Source: a virus
Lineage: Duplodnaviria > Heunggongvirae > Uroviricota > Caudoviricetes
Length of the DNA: 64,000 nucleotides
Virus record (IMG/VR): IMGVR_UViG_3300003310_000099
Span: 234,295 to 298,294 of that record
Direction: 5' to 3' (one strand)
The notes under the pieces were generated by a model, which worked only from the letters and a program-made list of their open reading frames with translations, was not told the DNA's origin and made no database searches. This document shows, piece by piece, positions 38,610 to 47,971 of this stretch. Both the position numbers and the translations under genes were made by a program. Each line of letters begins with the position of its first letter. Within the stretch, counting starts at the first letter, position 1.

Positions 38610-38625
38610 CTTAGCTGTACCAAGT
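38610..38625 (+). promoter_or_regulatory. element copy 14 (ATG at +21)
   Basis: exact core. Confidence 0.85.
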
Positions 38626-38630
38626 CAAAC

Positions 38631-38918
38631 ATGAACAACCTCATCAGCGTTGAAGACATTAAGAAAATCTTAGTAGACAATTATGTTGTCTATGTTAAGT
38701 ATGTTCGCATTGGTGAAACCTATCGGTTCGCCCTTGATGCTGATTGGTTTACTCCAAAACATTCTCAGATGGTCAAGGCTGGTGAGACTGCCAAAAGTGC
38801 AGGTGGTTTCAAACTTTATCGTGATCGGCTTGAATGGGAAGTAACCTATTCACAAACTCTACATCTTGGCACTGCACCAGATGACGAAAAAAATCTGTGT
38901 GAACTATTCTACAATTAA
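38631..38918 (+). CDS. hypothetical protein (leaderless)
   Basis: ATG at +21. Confidence 0.7.
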   Translation: MNNLISVEDIKKILVDNYVVYVKYVRIGETYRFALDADWFTPKHSQMVKAGETAKSAGGFKLYRDRLEWEVTYSQTLHLGTAPDDEKNLCELFYN

Positions 38919-38926
38919 GGAATCAA

Positions 38927-39394
38927 ATGCTGCACGAATCTAAAGAGATTACGCGGGATGAAGCACGATATTTGCTTTTAACTCACCTTGCCAGTCTGGT
39001 GGATTATTGGGAGAATGAGAGTCGTGCAACCGAGTCCAAGAAGAAGTTGGAAGGCTTGCTTTTTAGCGTTTTGTCAGCTTTAGATGGTTGCTCTTGTGGT
39101 CTGCCAGGTTTCATGCTGATTCCGAGTCTGCACGAAAGCGATAAGGAATACGCAATTGAAAACCATTATGATTACTACCCGCATTTGGATAAGCTGCCAG
39201 AGGGCACTTATGACATTGGCGGTAGTCTTCACGAACAAATTCATAAATATCTGGACGGCTCGGTTGAGCGACCCAAGAATCTCCGCACGTTCAACGAGTA
39301 TGTAAACTACTGTCCCGTCCAACTAAGAGAGATGTGGTGGGATACCTTAGCTGTACCAAGTGGTGAAACTGACCAACAAACCCAGGAGAACTAA
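38927..39394 (+). CDS. hypothetical protein
   Basis: reads through element. Confidence 0.7.
   Translation: MLHESKEITRDEARYLLLTHLASLVDYWENESRATESKKKLEGLLFSVLSALDGCSCGLPGFMLIPSLHESDKEYAIENHYDYYPHLDKLPEGTYDIGGSLHEQIHKYLDGSVERPKNLRTFNEYVNYCPVQLREMWWDTLAVPSGETDQQTQEN
39346..39361 (+). promoter_or_regulatory. element copy 15
   Basis: exact core. Confidence 0.8.
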
Positions 39395-39395
39395 A

Positions 39396-39623
39396 ATGAA
39401 GGAAATGGCTGGTTGTCTGACGGTAATTTTTGGTATGATCGGTGCAGTGATCGTTCTGGCAGTCCTTATGGCTCTGCCAACGATGTGGTTGTGGAACGCC
39501 ATCGTTCCCGATATCACCAAGAATGCCGTCACGGAATTGACCTTTTTGCAGGCTCTTGGTCTGAACTTCCTCTGTGGAATTCTGTTCAAGAGCAGCGGTG
39601 TCAGTGCCTCCAAGAGCGAGTAA
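39396..39623 (+). CDS. membrane protein
   Basis: MWLWN..LTFLQALGL; SD AGGAG. Confidence 0.7.
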   Translation: MKEMAGCLTVIFGMIGAVIVLAVLMALPTMWLWNAIVPDITKNAVTELTFLQALGLNFLCGILFKSSGVSASKSE

Positions 39624-40154
39624 ACATGGACACCCCTGAATTCCTTAAAGTATTATTCAAAATATACTGCGAGGAATGCAAACAAAACCATGAACGGTAT
39701 GAATTTTGCGAGTGTCATGCTTGTATTATGAAGCATGGCACTCGTATTTCTACCTATCCACCACTTTACAAATGCGATAAATGTGGTAAAATGAATTGGT
39801 GGGAACCAAATGAAAATGAATGAAATCATCGAAGATTATATCAAGGGCATAGAGAATGTCCGTCGTCAAGCGGGTTATAATGCCGCAATTTGCGAAGAAG
39901 ATACCATGTATGGCGGTCAAACCCTTGATGAAGAAATCAAATTAGCAAAGGAAAGGCTTGAACGTGCAAAAGCTGACCTACAAGTGGAGCAAAAGGGAGA
40001 ATGATTTCATTATCAATTTCCCCCGTAAATGCGATGGTCATTTAGTTCATAGTTTCTTTGCTGGACATATCAATGGCAAAGAATTTATGGAAGAATTAGA
40101 GAAGCGTGGCTATGACCTCAAAACCCTCAAATTTGAAGTGAAGGAAAAGGAACC

Positions 40155-40487
40155 ATGCAAGGATACTTAGGCGAAACCGAACTCAAGTCCACAGATGGCA
40201 CCCCATACCAAGGCTTTGGGCCTACCGAATGGGCAATGAAGTACATTGAATTCTATGGACAGATTGACGGTGGGCACCATAAGCAATGGGTTTTAGATCA
40301 AGTCGCTCGTATCCTCAAAGGTACTCCAGTTGAATTGTCCTTGGCTAAGTGGGACAACGGACAACAAGAATACCGTTTCAATACTGGTGAACCTTCAAAA
40401 GAGTACCTGAGTTGGGTTGAGGAAATGCGTTGTCCTGACGAAGACGGCAATGCCGAATATGAGTATGATGAGGGCTGCGCACCTTGA
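40155..40487 (+). CDS. hypothetical phage protein
   Basis: YGQIDGGHHKQWVLDQ...GCAP. Confidence 0.7.
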   Translation: MQGYLGETELKSTDGTPYQGFGPTEWAMKYIEFYGQIDGGHHKQWVLDQVARILKGTPVELSLAKWDNGQQEYRFNTGEPSKEYLSWVEEMRCPDEDGNAEYEYDEGCAP

Positions 40488-41209
40488 AGCTTTATATCTC
40501 TGCCCCATTTGGTAATTATTATAGCCACCCTGACGCTATCAGTGTATTAGGAACATATACACATGAACACAGGGCTGGTTTCATTAAGAAATGGTGGCGA
40601 GTATTAAAGACCCTTCGCCCCTATCCTGGTGGCTGGATCAATAAACTAGGATTACCCAATCCTGGTATTCATGCTGCACCTAAACCGACTGAAAATACTG
40701 TAATCAGTCTGCACGCTTTTGATAAGGATGAGTGGTTTAGGGTACAGTATATTGCTTATCAATATCTTGGTTGGCGCGAGGTAGAATTAAATCTATCTTG
40801 TCCTAATGTTGCAGCATCAACTATAGATGAAGCTGTTTACGCTGCACGGTCGGCCATTCTGTTTGGAATGGATGTAACCGCTAAGTTAGGTCCAGTTAAG
40901 CCAATGCAGTTTGTAAGACCTTTATCTGAGGCTGGTGTCACTAAATTTCATTTATGCAACACGATTCCAACGCCTAATGGTGGGATTAGTGGTGCAGGAT
41001 TAAAGCCATTTAGTCTGTGGGCTGTAGAAGAAGTTCGCAAGTATTATCCTTGGGCACATATTATCGGCGGTGGTGGCATCAATAATGAGCAAGACGTTAA
41101 AGATTACATTAACGCTGGGGCTAATGATGTTGCAATCGCTGGCGCACTATTGAATCCATTTACAGCAAGAAAAAAGATTGCTAATCTGGTGGAGTGTCTA
41201 AAACCTTAG
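40484..41209 (+). CDS. pyrD: dihydroorotate dehydrogenase (class 1-like)
   Basis: NKLGLPNPG, ELNLSCPN, CNT, GGISG, IIGGGGI. Confidence 0.85.
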   Translation: MKLYISAPFGNYYSHPDAISVLGTYTHEHRAGFIKKWWRVLKTLRPYPGGWINKLGLPNPGIHAAPKPTENTVISLHAFDKDEWFRVQYIAYQYLGWREVELNLSCPNVAASTIDEAVYAARSAILFGMDVTAKLGPVKPMQFVRPLSEAGVTKFHLCNTIPTPNGGISGAGLKPFSLWAVEEVRKYYPWAHIIGGGGINNEQDVKDYINAGANDVAIAGALLNPFTARKKIANLVECLKP

Positions 41210-41220
41210 CTGTACCGATG
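41205..41220 (+). promoter_or_regulatory. element copy 16 (ATG at +21)
   Basis: exact core; supplies pyrD stop codon. Confidence 0.85.
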
Positions 41221-41225
41221 AAGTT

Positions 41226-41897
41226 ATGTTCAACCGAGCTAAGCGACTTCTGAACCTGAAAGATTATGCGAATCATATCTCACCCATTGATTGTGGTGAG
41301 ATTAACTTGCAGCCGCCATACGTTAGGCAGTATGTTCTGCGGATGATGGTTCGAGGGCTGTATGGTTCCCAGATTGTTCTCCCTGATTCGCTACTCTGGT
41401 TGAAGGATACGATTGAGTATTGCGACGGTATTCAGAAGAAGCATGGCATCCATCATCAATTCATTTACATTACAGTCCGTCATGGGCTTGTAACCAGTAC
41501 GAATGATGATACTTGGCATGTCGATGGTTTCTCAATGCGATACGAACATCTGCCAGAACAAAACTACATTTATTCCAATGTATCTGGCACTGAGATTCTA
41601 AGGCAAGGATTCGATATCCCTGATGACTTTGATCCTGAAAAGCATCATATTCATCAGTATTTTCAAGACCATGCGAAGGGCGAATCATACGCTCTGCCTG
41701 TCAATAGGCTGTTCGTAATTGATCCTTATATCGTCCATCGTAGGCCAAATGTCAGTGGCCAAAGAACTTTTGTAAGGATTTCCTTCGTCCCAATCGAAAT
41801 TGAGGACGATACTTGTGAAAAGAATCCCTTAATGCCTTCACGAACCTATAACCGTGAAGACGTTAGAAAAACTCTGCGGAGGTACGGATATGACTAA
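41226..41897 (+). CDS. 2OG-Fe(II) oxygenase-like protein
   Basis: WHVDG, distal H, RTFVRISF. Confidence 0.65.
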   Translation: MFNRAKRLLNLKDYANHISPIDCGEINLQPPYVRQYVLRMMVRGLYGSQIVLPDSLLWLKDTIEYCDGIQKKHGIHHQFIYITVRHGLVTSTNDDTWHVDGFSMRYEHLPEQNYIYSNVSGTEILRQGFDIPDDFDPEKHHIHQYFQDHAKGESYALPVNRLFVIDPYIVHRRPNVSGQRTFVRISFVPIEIEDDTCEKNPLMPSRTYNREDVRKTLRRYGYD

Positions 41898-42099
41898 GAT
41901 GCAAATTAAGCAGGCCAAAGCACTTGCGGCTCAGATTGAGAGGAAAAAGGAAGAAATCGCAAAGAATCGTGATGAATTGCGCAACATGCTTGCAGACCTT
42001 GAAGAACTTATTTGTAGTCTCGATAGCGGTATTGAAGAAATTGAAAATGGCTTGTCTTGTCTTGAAAATGGCTTGGATCATATTAGCGGGCTGCTCTAA
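41890..42099 (+). CDS. coiled-coil protein
   Basis: heptad pattern. Confidence 0.6.
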   Translation: MTKMQIKQAKALAAQIERKKEEIAKNRDELRNMLADLEELICSLDSGIEEIENGLSCLENGLDHISGLL

Positions 42100-42515
42100 T
42101 GAAGATTAGAAAGAGCTTCCTCAAGGAAGTAGAGCGGTTTGATAGCTGCAATAGGAATCCTAGCAGTCCGCAACGCACCGAATTAGGTATAGAACAGTTT
42201 TATGAGTGGGAATCTCATGGTAAGATGCCAGAGAAGCCCGACCCATATTTTACCCATTTACTTGATGGCAAAGCATGGTGGGAATGGACTCTTAATGAAA
42301 TTGCCAAAACCTATTTGACTGAGAATTGGTTTGGCTGGTATCAATATGCCAAAGATTTCATTGATGACCCCAAAGGCTTTCACCAGTTGAGACAAAGAAC
42401 GTATCAAGAACCAATCGACCCCGTTGACTTCATTTTGAAGATTGACAAGGATTTAACTTTAGAAGAGAAAAGGTACTACTGGCAAGGAATTCCCACCTTG
42501 CTCAAAACATTATGA
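42099..42515 (+). CDS. hypothetical protein
   Basis: coupled ORF. Confidence 0.65.
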   Translation: MKIRKSFLKEVERFDSCNRNPSSPQRTELGIEQFYEWESHGKMPEKPDPYFTHLLDGKAWWEWTLNEIAKTYLTENWFGWYQYAKDFIDDPKGFHQLRQRTYQEPIDPVDFILKIDKDLTLEEKRYYWQGIPTLLKTL

Positions 42516-42697
42516 AAAAATCAAAGAAAATGTATTGGATGGCATTTATTGCTGGTTTAGCCAATCTACCATTTGTATTTATGACAAGTCCAGAGAATCT
42601 TAGGAATCTCTGGTTTACTGTTCCAATGGTTGTCATGCTGTTCACTATGTTTGGTTTGGCTGTCCATGCGATGCGGCTTGAGGGCGAAGGCCGATAG
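42512..42697 (+). CDS. 2-TM membrane protein
   Basis: stop abuts element. Confidence 0.6.
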   Translation: MKKSKKMYWMAFIAGLANLPFVFMTSPENLRNLWFTVPMVVMLFTMFGLAVHAMRLEGEGR

Positions 42698-42713
42698 CTT
42701 AGCTGTACCGAGT
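42698..42713 (+). promoter_or_regulatory. element copy 17
   Basis: exact core. Confidence 0.8.
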
Positions 42714-42747
42714 GGTTTGTAACCAACAACCCAAACGGAGAACAAAT

Positions 42748-43314
42748 ATGAGCCGTGAAATTAGCAATTCCGATGACGTGATTGATAGCCGCGACGTAAT
42801 TGCCCGTATTGAGGAACTTGAGAGCGATTTTGAATCCGCTCATGATTCCGATGTACTTTCACGCATCGAAGCTCTTGAGGAAGAACTCAAGACAGCACAT
42901 GAAATGGAACTCGAAGATGCTAAGGGTGTCGAGGGCATCTTTGTTGAACCTGATTTCGACAAGTGGCTTGAAAGCAACGATGATCCCAACGCGATTGAAT
43001 TGACTGAACTCAAGGCAGTTGCTGATTTCGACACTTGGCTTGAACAGAATGAGGATGATGACGCACAGGAGTTGAAGGCTCTGCGTGCCTTGGCAGATGA
43101 AGCGGAAGGCTATGCAGACGATTGGAAGCATGGTGCGACCCTCATTCGGGAGACTTATTTCGAGGAATACTGTGAGGATTACATTAGCGACATTGGCGAT
43201 TTGCCCAAGGAAATTCCTAATTATATCGTGATTGATTGGGCAGCGACTGCTAGTAATCTCCGTGTGGATTACTCCGAAGTTGATTACGATGGTGTGTCCT
43301 ATTTGGTGAGGTAA
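42748..43314 (+). CDS. acidic ArdA-like putative antirestriction protein
   Basis: very Asp/Glu-rich; PNYIVIDWAATA..DY C-terminus. Confidence 0.55.
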   Translation: MSREISNSDDVIDSRDVIARIEELESDFESAHDSDVLSRIEALEEELKTAHEMELEDAKGVEGIFVEPDFDKWLESNDDPNAIELTELKAVADFDTWLEQNEDDDAQELKALRALADEAEGYADDWKHGATLIRETYFEEYCEDYISDIGDLPKEIPNYIVIDWAATASNLRVDYSEVDYDGVSYLVR

Positions 43315-43315
43315 A

Positions 43316-43699
43316 ATGAATACTTCTGCAAGCAAAACGAGTGTAATGCCATCTTATCACTATAAGAAAGCAGTGAAGGAAGTGAAGGCTATCCCCGACT
43401 GCAAAAAGACTTATAGTTCAGGTGGCTATTCAACTTACGAAACTCCATTGTTCTATATTCGTATTCTGGACAATGAGGAAAACGTACAGATTCAGTTGGC
43501 TGAACGTGAAACCTTCGACCGTTGGGCGAATTCAGTCAATTTTGCTGTTGAACGTAGCAAGACGCCAAAGTGTTATTACCCATTGGTTCTGCCCCAATAC
43601 CTTTGGGCAATCAAGGTGTTAAAGTCCAAACTGTTTAATTTCAACAGTTATATCGGGGCAATTGAATTGCCTTGGTTTGAGACGAAGAGGAACCGATGA
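43316..43699 (+). CDS. hypothetical protein
   Basis: ORF. Confidence 0.65.
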   Translation: MNTSASKTSVMPSYHYKKAVKEVKAIPDCKKTYSSGGYSTYETPLFYIRILDNEENVQIQLAERETFDRWANSVNFAVERSKTPKCYYPLVLPQYLWAIKVLKSKLFNFNSYIGAIELPWFETKRNR

Positions 43700-43941
43700 A
43701 ACTTGGTGAAATGTTAAGTGATATGGTGCGTTATGGGGATATTGAGGAAGCCCCTTGGCCCGAAGAGTGGCTTAAAGAAGTAAATTGGCAGACAATTTAC
43801 AAGGAAGACCCCGAACTCTATTATAGACTCAGCATTGCCGCATCCATCCTTAAATTGATGAATAAATCAGAAGGTGGAAGCTGGTCAATACACGATGATA
43901 TTGTTCGACCATTCCTAAATCAAGAGGTGAATAATGGTTAA
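43696..43941 (+). CDS. hypothetical protein
   Basis: coupled ORF. Confidence 0.6.
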   Translation: MKLGEMLSDMVRYGDIEEAPWPEEWLKEVNWQTIYKEDPELYYRLSIAASILKLMNKSEGGSWSIHDDIVRPFLNQEVNNG

Positions 43942-44224
43942 GTGGACACTTAAAGATACGATTGAATGCTACAAGCAAGGCTGGGCACCGTTCAATACGG
44001 ATTACGGCACTACTGAAATCATGGCCCTTGATGACCCTTATGGAGTAGCAAGCGACTTTGGATTTGAATTCAAAGGAACTTACTTCAAGGGAAAGAACCG
44101 AGACAGCAATGCCCTTCGCTCTGTAAAGCGCAAAGCTGCGAAGGGCAATGACCTATGCAAACGGGCGTTGCAGCTTTGTAAAAAGAATCAATTTGTAGGT
44201 GATTTGCTTCCTTTCATGGACTAG
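43934..44224 (+). CDS. hypothetical protein
   Basis: ORF. Confidence 0.6.
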   Translation: MVKWTLKDTIECYKQGWAPFNTDYGTTEIMALDDPYGVASDFGFEFKGTYFKGKNRDSNALRSVKRKAAKGNDLCKRALQLCKKNQFVGDLLPFMD

Positions 44225-44232
44225 GAGCTATT

Positions 44233-44580
44233 ATGTACGCTTTTGAACGAACCGTACTGCCCAAGGACAAGCTCGAAGGTATTACCAAATATGAAAATTC
44301 ATTTGGTAAAGATTGGGTAGAACGGTCTGTGCGGTGGACAAAGGCAGATGCCTACATTAAGGCTAACTTCGTCCGTATTGATAACGAGTCAAGCAGTAGG
44401 AGTTGTGGACGTTGTTGCGAAGAAGGCAAGATTGTTTATCGTCGCATTGATATGCAACCTATTACACAAGATGACCTATTCGCTTTTGCTCATTATGAAC
44501 TTGGCCAGGTGAATAAGATTCATGGCAAGCCAGGTGATTTGAAGGTGATGCAGGAATGGCTCTGCGACTCAGGAGATTAA
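44233..44580 (+). CDS. hypothetical protein
   Basis: SD AGGAG. Confidence 0.65.
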   Translation: MYAFERTVLPKDKLEGITKYENSFGKDWVERSVRWTKADAYIKANFVRIDNESSSRSCGRCCEEGKIVYRRIDMQPITQDDLFAFAHYELGQVNKIHGKPGDLKVMQEWLCDSGD

Positions 44581-44732
44581 ATGTATAAAGCTACAGGCCA
44601 CATTGGTTACTTCTGGAAGGGTCCAGACGTAGACCTTGGAACTTATAAATGGTTTTTCTTTGCTTGGCTTAATGCTAAGATTTGGCTGCTCGATTGGCCG
44701 CATTCAACGGCAACTATTGTAAAGGTTTGAAA

Positions 44733-44954
44733 ATGCAAATTACTCTAAAAATACCCGTCACTAACGATGAGATTAAGGAAGAAATTATGAATTTGCGGGA
44801 TGCTATTGCTCTCCGTAATTCCGAAATTCAACTATTACGGGACGCTATTGCTCATTATCAGAAGCAATGCAAGCATCCTGGTCAGAAAACTGGTTATAAT
44901 GAACGAGACGGCAATTGGGCTACCCCTTGTCCAATCTGTGGAGACTCACGATAA
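44733..44954 (+). CDS. coiled-coil + CxH/CxxC protein
   Basis: QCKH...CPIC. Confidence 0.6.
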   Translation: MQITLKIPVTNDEIKEEIMNLRDAIALRNSEIQLLRDAIAHYQKQCKHPGQKTGYNERDGNWATPCPICGDSR

Positions 44955-44963
44955 GGAGTAATA

Positions 44964-45290
44964 ATGAGCAAGTTTATGGGCGAGAAGTTTATGGCAATGA
45001 TCCGTGATTTTAAGAACGTATCAGTCTCTGAAACTCCAGGTTTCCGCACTATGAAGGCATTTTATGCCAAATTACTGAAAGTTGGATTCTCTGAGGTCGA
45101 GGCTATCAACGTAGTTTGCAACACGGAAATTGACGTAAATCAATACTTCGCTGACAATTACCTTGAAGAAACGACCGATATTTTCGCTGACTTGGCATTA
45201 AAGATCAGGAAGGAATGCAACAAAGTGAGTCCGCTGTTGTTCTCAAAGTATATTGAGTGCAATAAGCTAACCATTAAGTTTACGACTTAG
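44964..45290 (+). CDS. hypothetical protein
   Basis: SD AAGGAG. Confidence 0.65.
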   Translation: MSKFMGEKFMAMIRDFKNVSVSETPGFRTMKAFYAKLLKVGFSEVEAINVVCNTEIDVNQYFADNYLEETTDIFADLALKIRKECNKVSPLLFSKYIECNKLTIKFTT

Positions 45291-45482
45291 CCATTCGACA
45301 AATGAAAAAGATTCAGCTGTAGCTCCAGCGAGGGCGTCTTTATAACATTGCTTGCACATACCATGTGTAACTGGACGCTTATCGTTGGGGTCGGGGATGT
45401 AGCGGTTGCCAGCAGTTCCATCAGGCTTGATAAGTCTTTGCGGGTTACACCAAGCACAAACTCTTATTAAATCTTTTTCCAT
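45267..45482 (-). CDS. small zinc-binding late protein with FxEWL motif
   Basis: CATAAATA 5 nt before ATG; CAWC..HGMCKQC; FSFVEWL. Confidence 0.65.
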   Translation of the reverse strand: MEKDLIRVCAWCNPQRLIKPDGTAGNRYIPDPNDKRPVTHGMCKQCYKDALAGATAESFSFVEWLSRKLNG

Positions 45483-45492
45483 AGGTGTATTT

Positions 45493-46335
45493 ATGACAAT
45501 TAAAGAAACTCTGGTGTCGATTCGCAGGAAATATCGTCTATTGGCTGAGGCTGAATGCGAAAAGGCTTTCAATGACTACTATTGTAGCCAATTTGAAAAT
45601 GTTACGCTAGTCAAGAAAACCCCAGATTCCATTCAAATTGACGGTGATTTGGTCAGCAATATCAAAATTGACCAATACAACAATTTGAGTTGCGATACTA
45701 CGTTCATGCTGCCCGAATACCTACGCTATTTCCGCACAATCCTCAATACTCATTTTGAGAGAGAGGAACATGCGTATTATGGGCGTTTAGGCTCCCATTT
45801 CTTCATCAATTATTTTCGTCAGCATTATAAGGAAATTTGGGACGATTACCTTGAACACATGCTGTCCATTGATGACCACATGCTCAAGGAAAAGGGTGGA
45901 TTTTCATTCCGTGAATGGCTGTTGGGCCGCAATAACGACGGCAGAGGCGAATTGCGATATATTAGACCACCACTACTAAAGAATTTAGTGTCCACTAAGG
46001 AAGGTATTACATGGCATCCTTCCAAGGATAATTGCTCCATTTGTCATGGTGAAAAAGGTGGCGTAAAGGGCAATGAGAACATCATCGACGGAAAGTTAAT
46101 CTGCGATTATTGTTCAGTTGGTCTAAGTCACCCTTCACCGCCATTGGCATCGACATTAAGGCATCTTGTAAGTAAGATGGATGTGCCAGCCGAGCATAAA
46201 GATGATTTAATCTGGTTAGCCAAAAATCTGGCAACTAACAATAAGAAGCATCCAGATTTCCCAGAGGCCATTCATTTGGTGGCATCACTGCTCAAATTTA
46301 CAGGGCAAAATATTGAAATTGTCGGCAGGCCATAA
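45493..46335 (+). CDS. mosaic protein (FSFREWL + Zn finger + domain paralogous to 28309-28515)
   Basis: motifs visible in translation. Confidence 0.7.
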   Translation: MTIKETLVSIRRKYRLLAEAECEKAFNDYYCSQFENVTLVKKTPDSIQIDGDLVSNIKIDQYNNLSCDTTFMLPEYLRYFRTILNTHFEREEHAYYGRLGSHFFINYFRQHYKEIWDDYLEHMLSIDDHMLKEKGGFSFREWLLGRNNDGRGELRYIRPPLLKNLVSTKEGITWHPSKDNCSICHGEKGGVKGNENIIDGKLICDYCSVGLSHPSPPLASTLRHLVSKMDVPAEHKDDLIWLAKNLATNNKKHPDFPEAIHLVASLLKFTGQNIEIVGRP

Positions 46336-46346
46336 TATATAAATTC

Positions 46347-47326
46347 ATGATAAATGAATATGAAGCTTATGAGCCAGGTTGGGATGAAATGAATCCCGAC
46401 TCTGCCATGCACAGTTTTGGTGATGCTGACAAATTTACTGCTTTTATATGGGTTTATGATAGGAAAAGTGGTAAATCATTATTGTATTCACAACCTGGGA
46501 ATGAGTTTCATGGTACAGGCACAGGTCCAAAAGAATACGGCGGCACCGAGCTAAGAAAAGCCCTATTATTCAAAAAAAGGGATGCAGTTGCCTGTTTTGG
46601 TCGGTTTGGTGTGACCAATAAAGGTGGATTCGTCACTATTTGGAAATATCAAGAGGAAGAACCACTTACCCATTACGACCGCACTTACCAAAAAGAAGGG
46701 AATCGTGGCTTTAATTCACCAAATAAAGATGACATTAAAGTGCTTCTAAAGGGTTTAATGGCGCAGGCTCCCATGAAGGTAATTGGTAAATCCCCAGCTA
46801 AATTACCTATTACCGCCGATTATGTATTTGTTGTCGGTGGTAATGCACAGACCGTTGGCGAATTTATAGGAGATTCAGGCAAAGAACAAGACCCTCGTTG
46901 TAAAGCAATGGTGATTGATATTCAAGGTAGGCCAACACCATTAGACCAGATTCAAGCATCAATGCACATGGTTAGAGGGCAACAGCTTGCATTGCTCAGA
47001 GGCGGTTTTTGTTCTCAATATCAGGCATTAAAAAGGAATGCAGATACTGCACATTGCCAGATTCAGCATCGTCAAATAGATGATATTCAGAGTAAGTTTA
47101 AGTGCGGCGACGATCAAGATGAATACCAGAAAATGCTCAAGGCTGGTAGAGCAGATTATAAGCAGATTATAAGCAGAAATTAAGAGACATTTTCCGTTCA
47201 CCAGAAAAGATTGGTCAAGAATTCAGAACTCAGAGAGAAATAGATGCAGCATGGGATAAGCTCCAAGGTGAAGGTTTCAGTTTCAAAGAATGGCTGAATA
47301 CCTTAGCTGTACCGAGTAAGCCATGA
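46347..47326 (+). pseudogene. late gene frameshifted by 11-bp tandem duplication
   Basis: AGCAGATTATA x2 at 47150-47171; removing one unit restores ORF to FSFKEWL...*. Confidence 0.75.
47302..47317 (+). promoter_or_regulatory. element copy 18 (ATG at +21)
   Basis: exact core. Confidence 0.85.
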
Positions 47327-47523
47327 AACACCCAAACGAAAAACAGATGTTGTTCCACATGCTCGCTAGAATCGACTATAGCGGCACACTTCCAGAAGCC
47401 GAAATGGAACTAGGATACCTCTGTGGTGATTACTTTTTCCACAATTCCAAGTATTATGACAAAGCCAGAACATTGGTCAAACAACTGTGGCTTGAACTCC
47501 ATGAAATGGGTAAAGTAGCATGA
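47323..47523 (+). CDS. hypothetical protein (leaderless)
   Basis: ATG at +21. Confidence 0.65.
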   Translation: MKHPNEKQMLFHMLARIDYSGTLPEAEMELGYLCGDYFFHNSKYYDKARTLVKQLWLELHEMGKVA

Positions 47524-47971
47524 AAGAAACTCCGTGCCGATGTGGGGAATTTTTCTTTGCCCACCCACAAGGAACTTGTCGTAAATCCTCATTAGGAATA
47601 AGTCCTATGACCCAAACAGTCAAGTTTAGCTACGAAGATGGTATGGATTTGATTAACGCTCTCGAAGCATTAGCTAAAATCCTGCCCAAATATGGCGTCA
47701 AGCTTGAAATGCTTGATGGCGGTGAGGGCTATGAAGAAATCCGCCTAACTAAAATTGAAGCGACCAATGAAATACGGTAATTGCTTAATTGGACTCATTG
47801 TAATTCTATTCACTATTCAGGAACGTGGTAGAATTATCATTCAGAAGTCCAAACACGGTTTTGTCCCACATTTACTGTTCCGAACCAATAAAGGTAGATT
47901 TTATCATTACCGTTTGGTAAAAGATGTTCTGCCTCATCCCTTGTGCTATCTGGTATTTCAAGGAGAATTCC

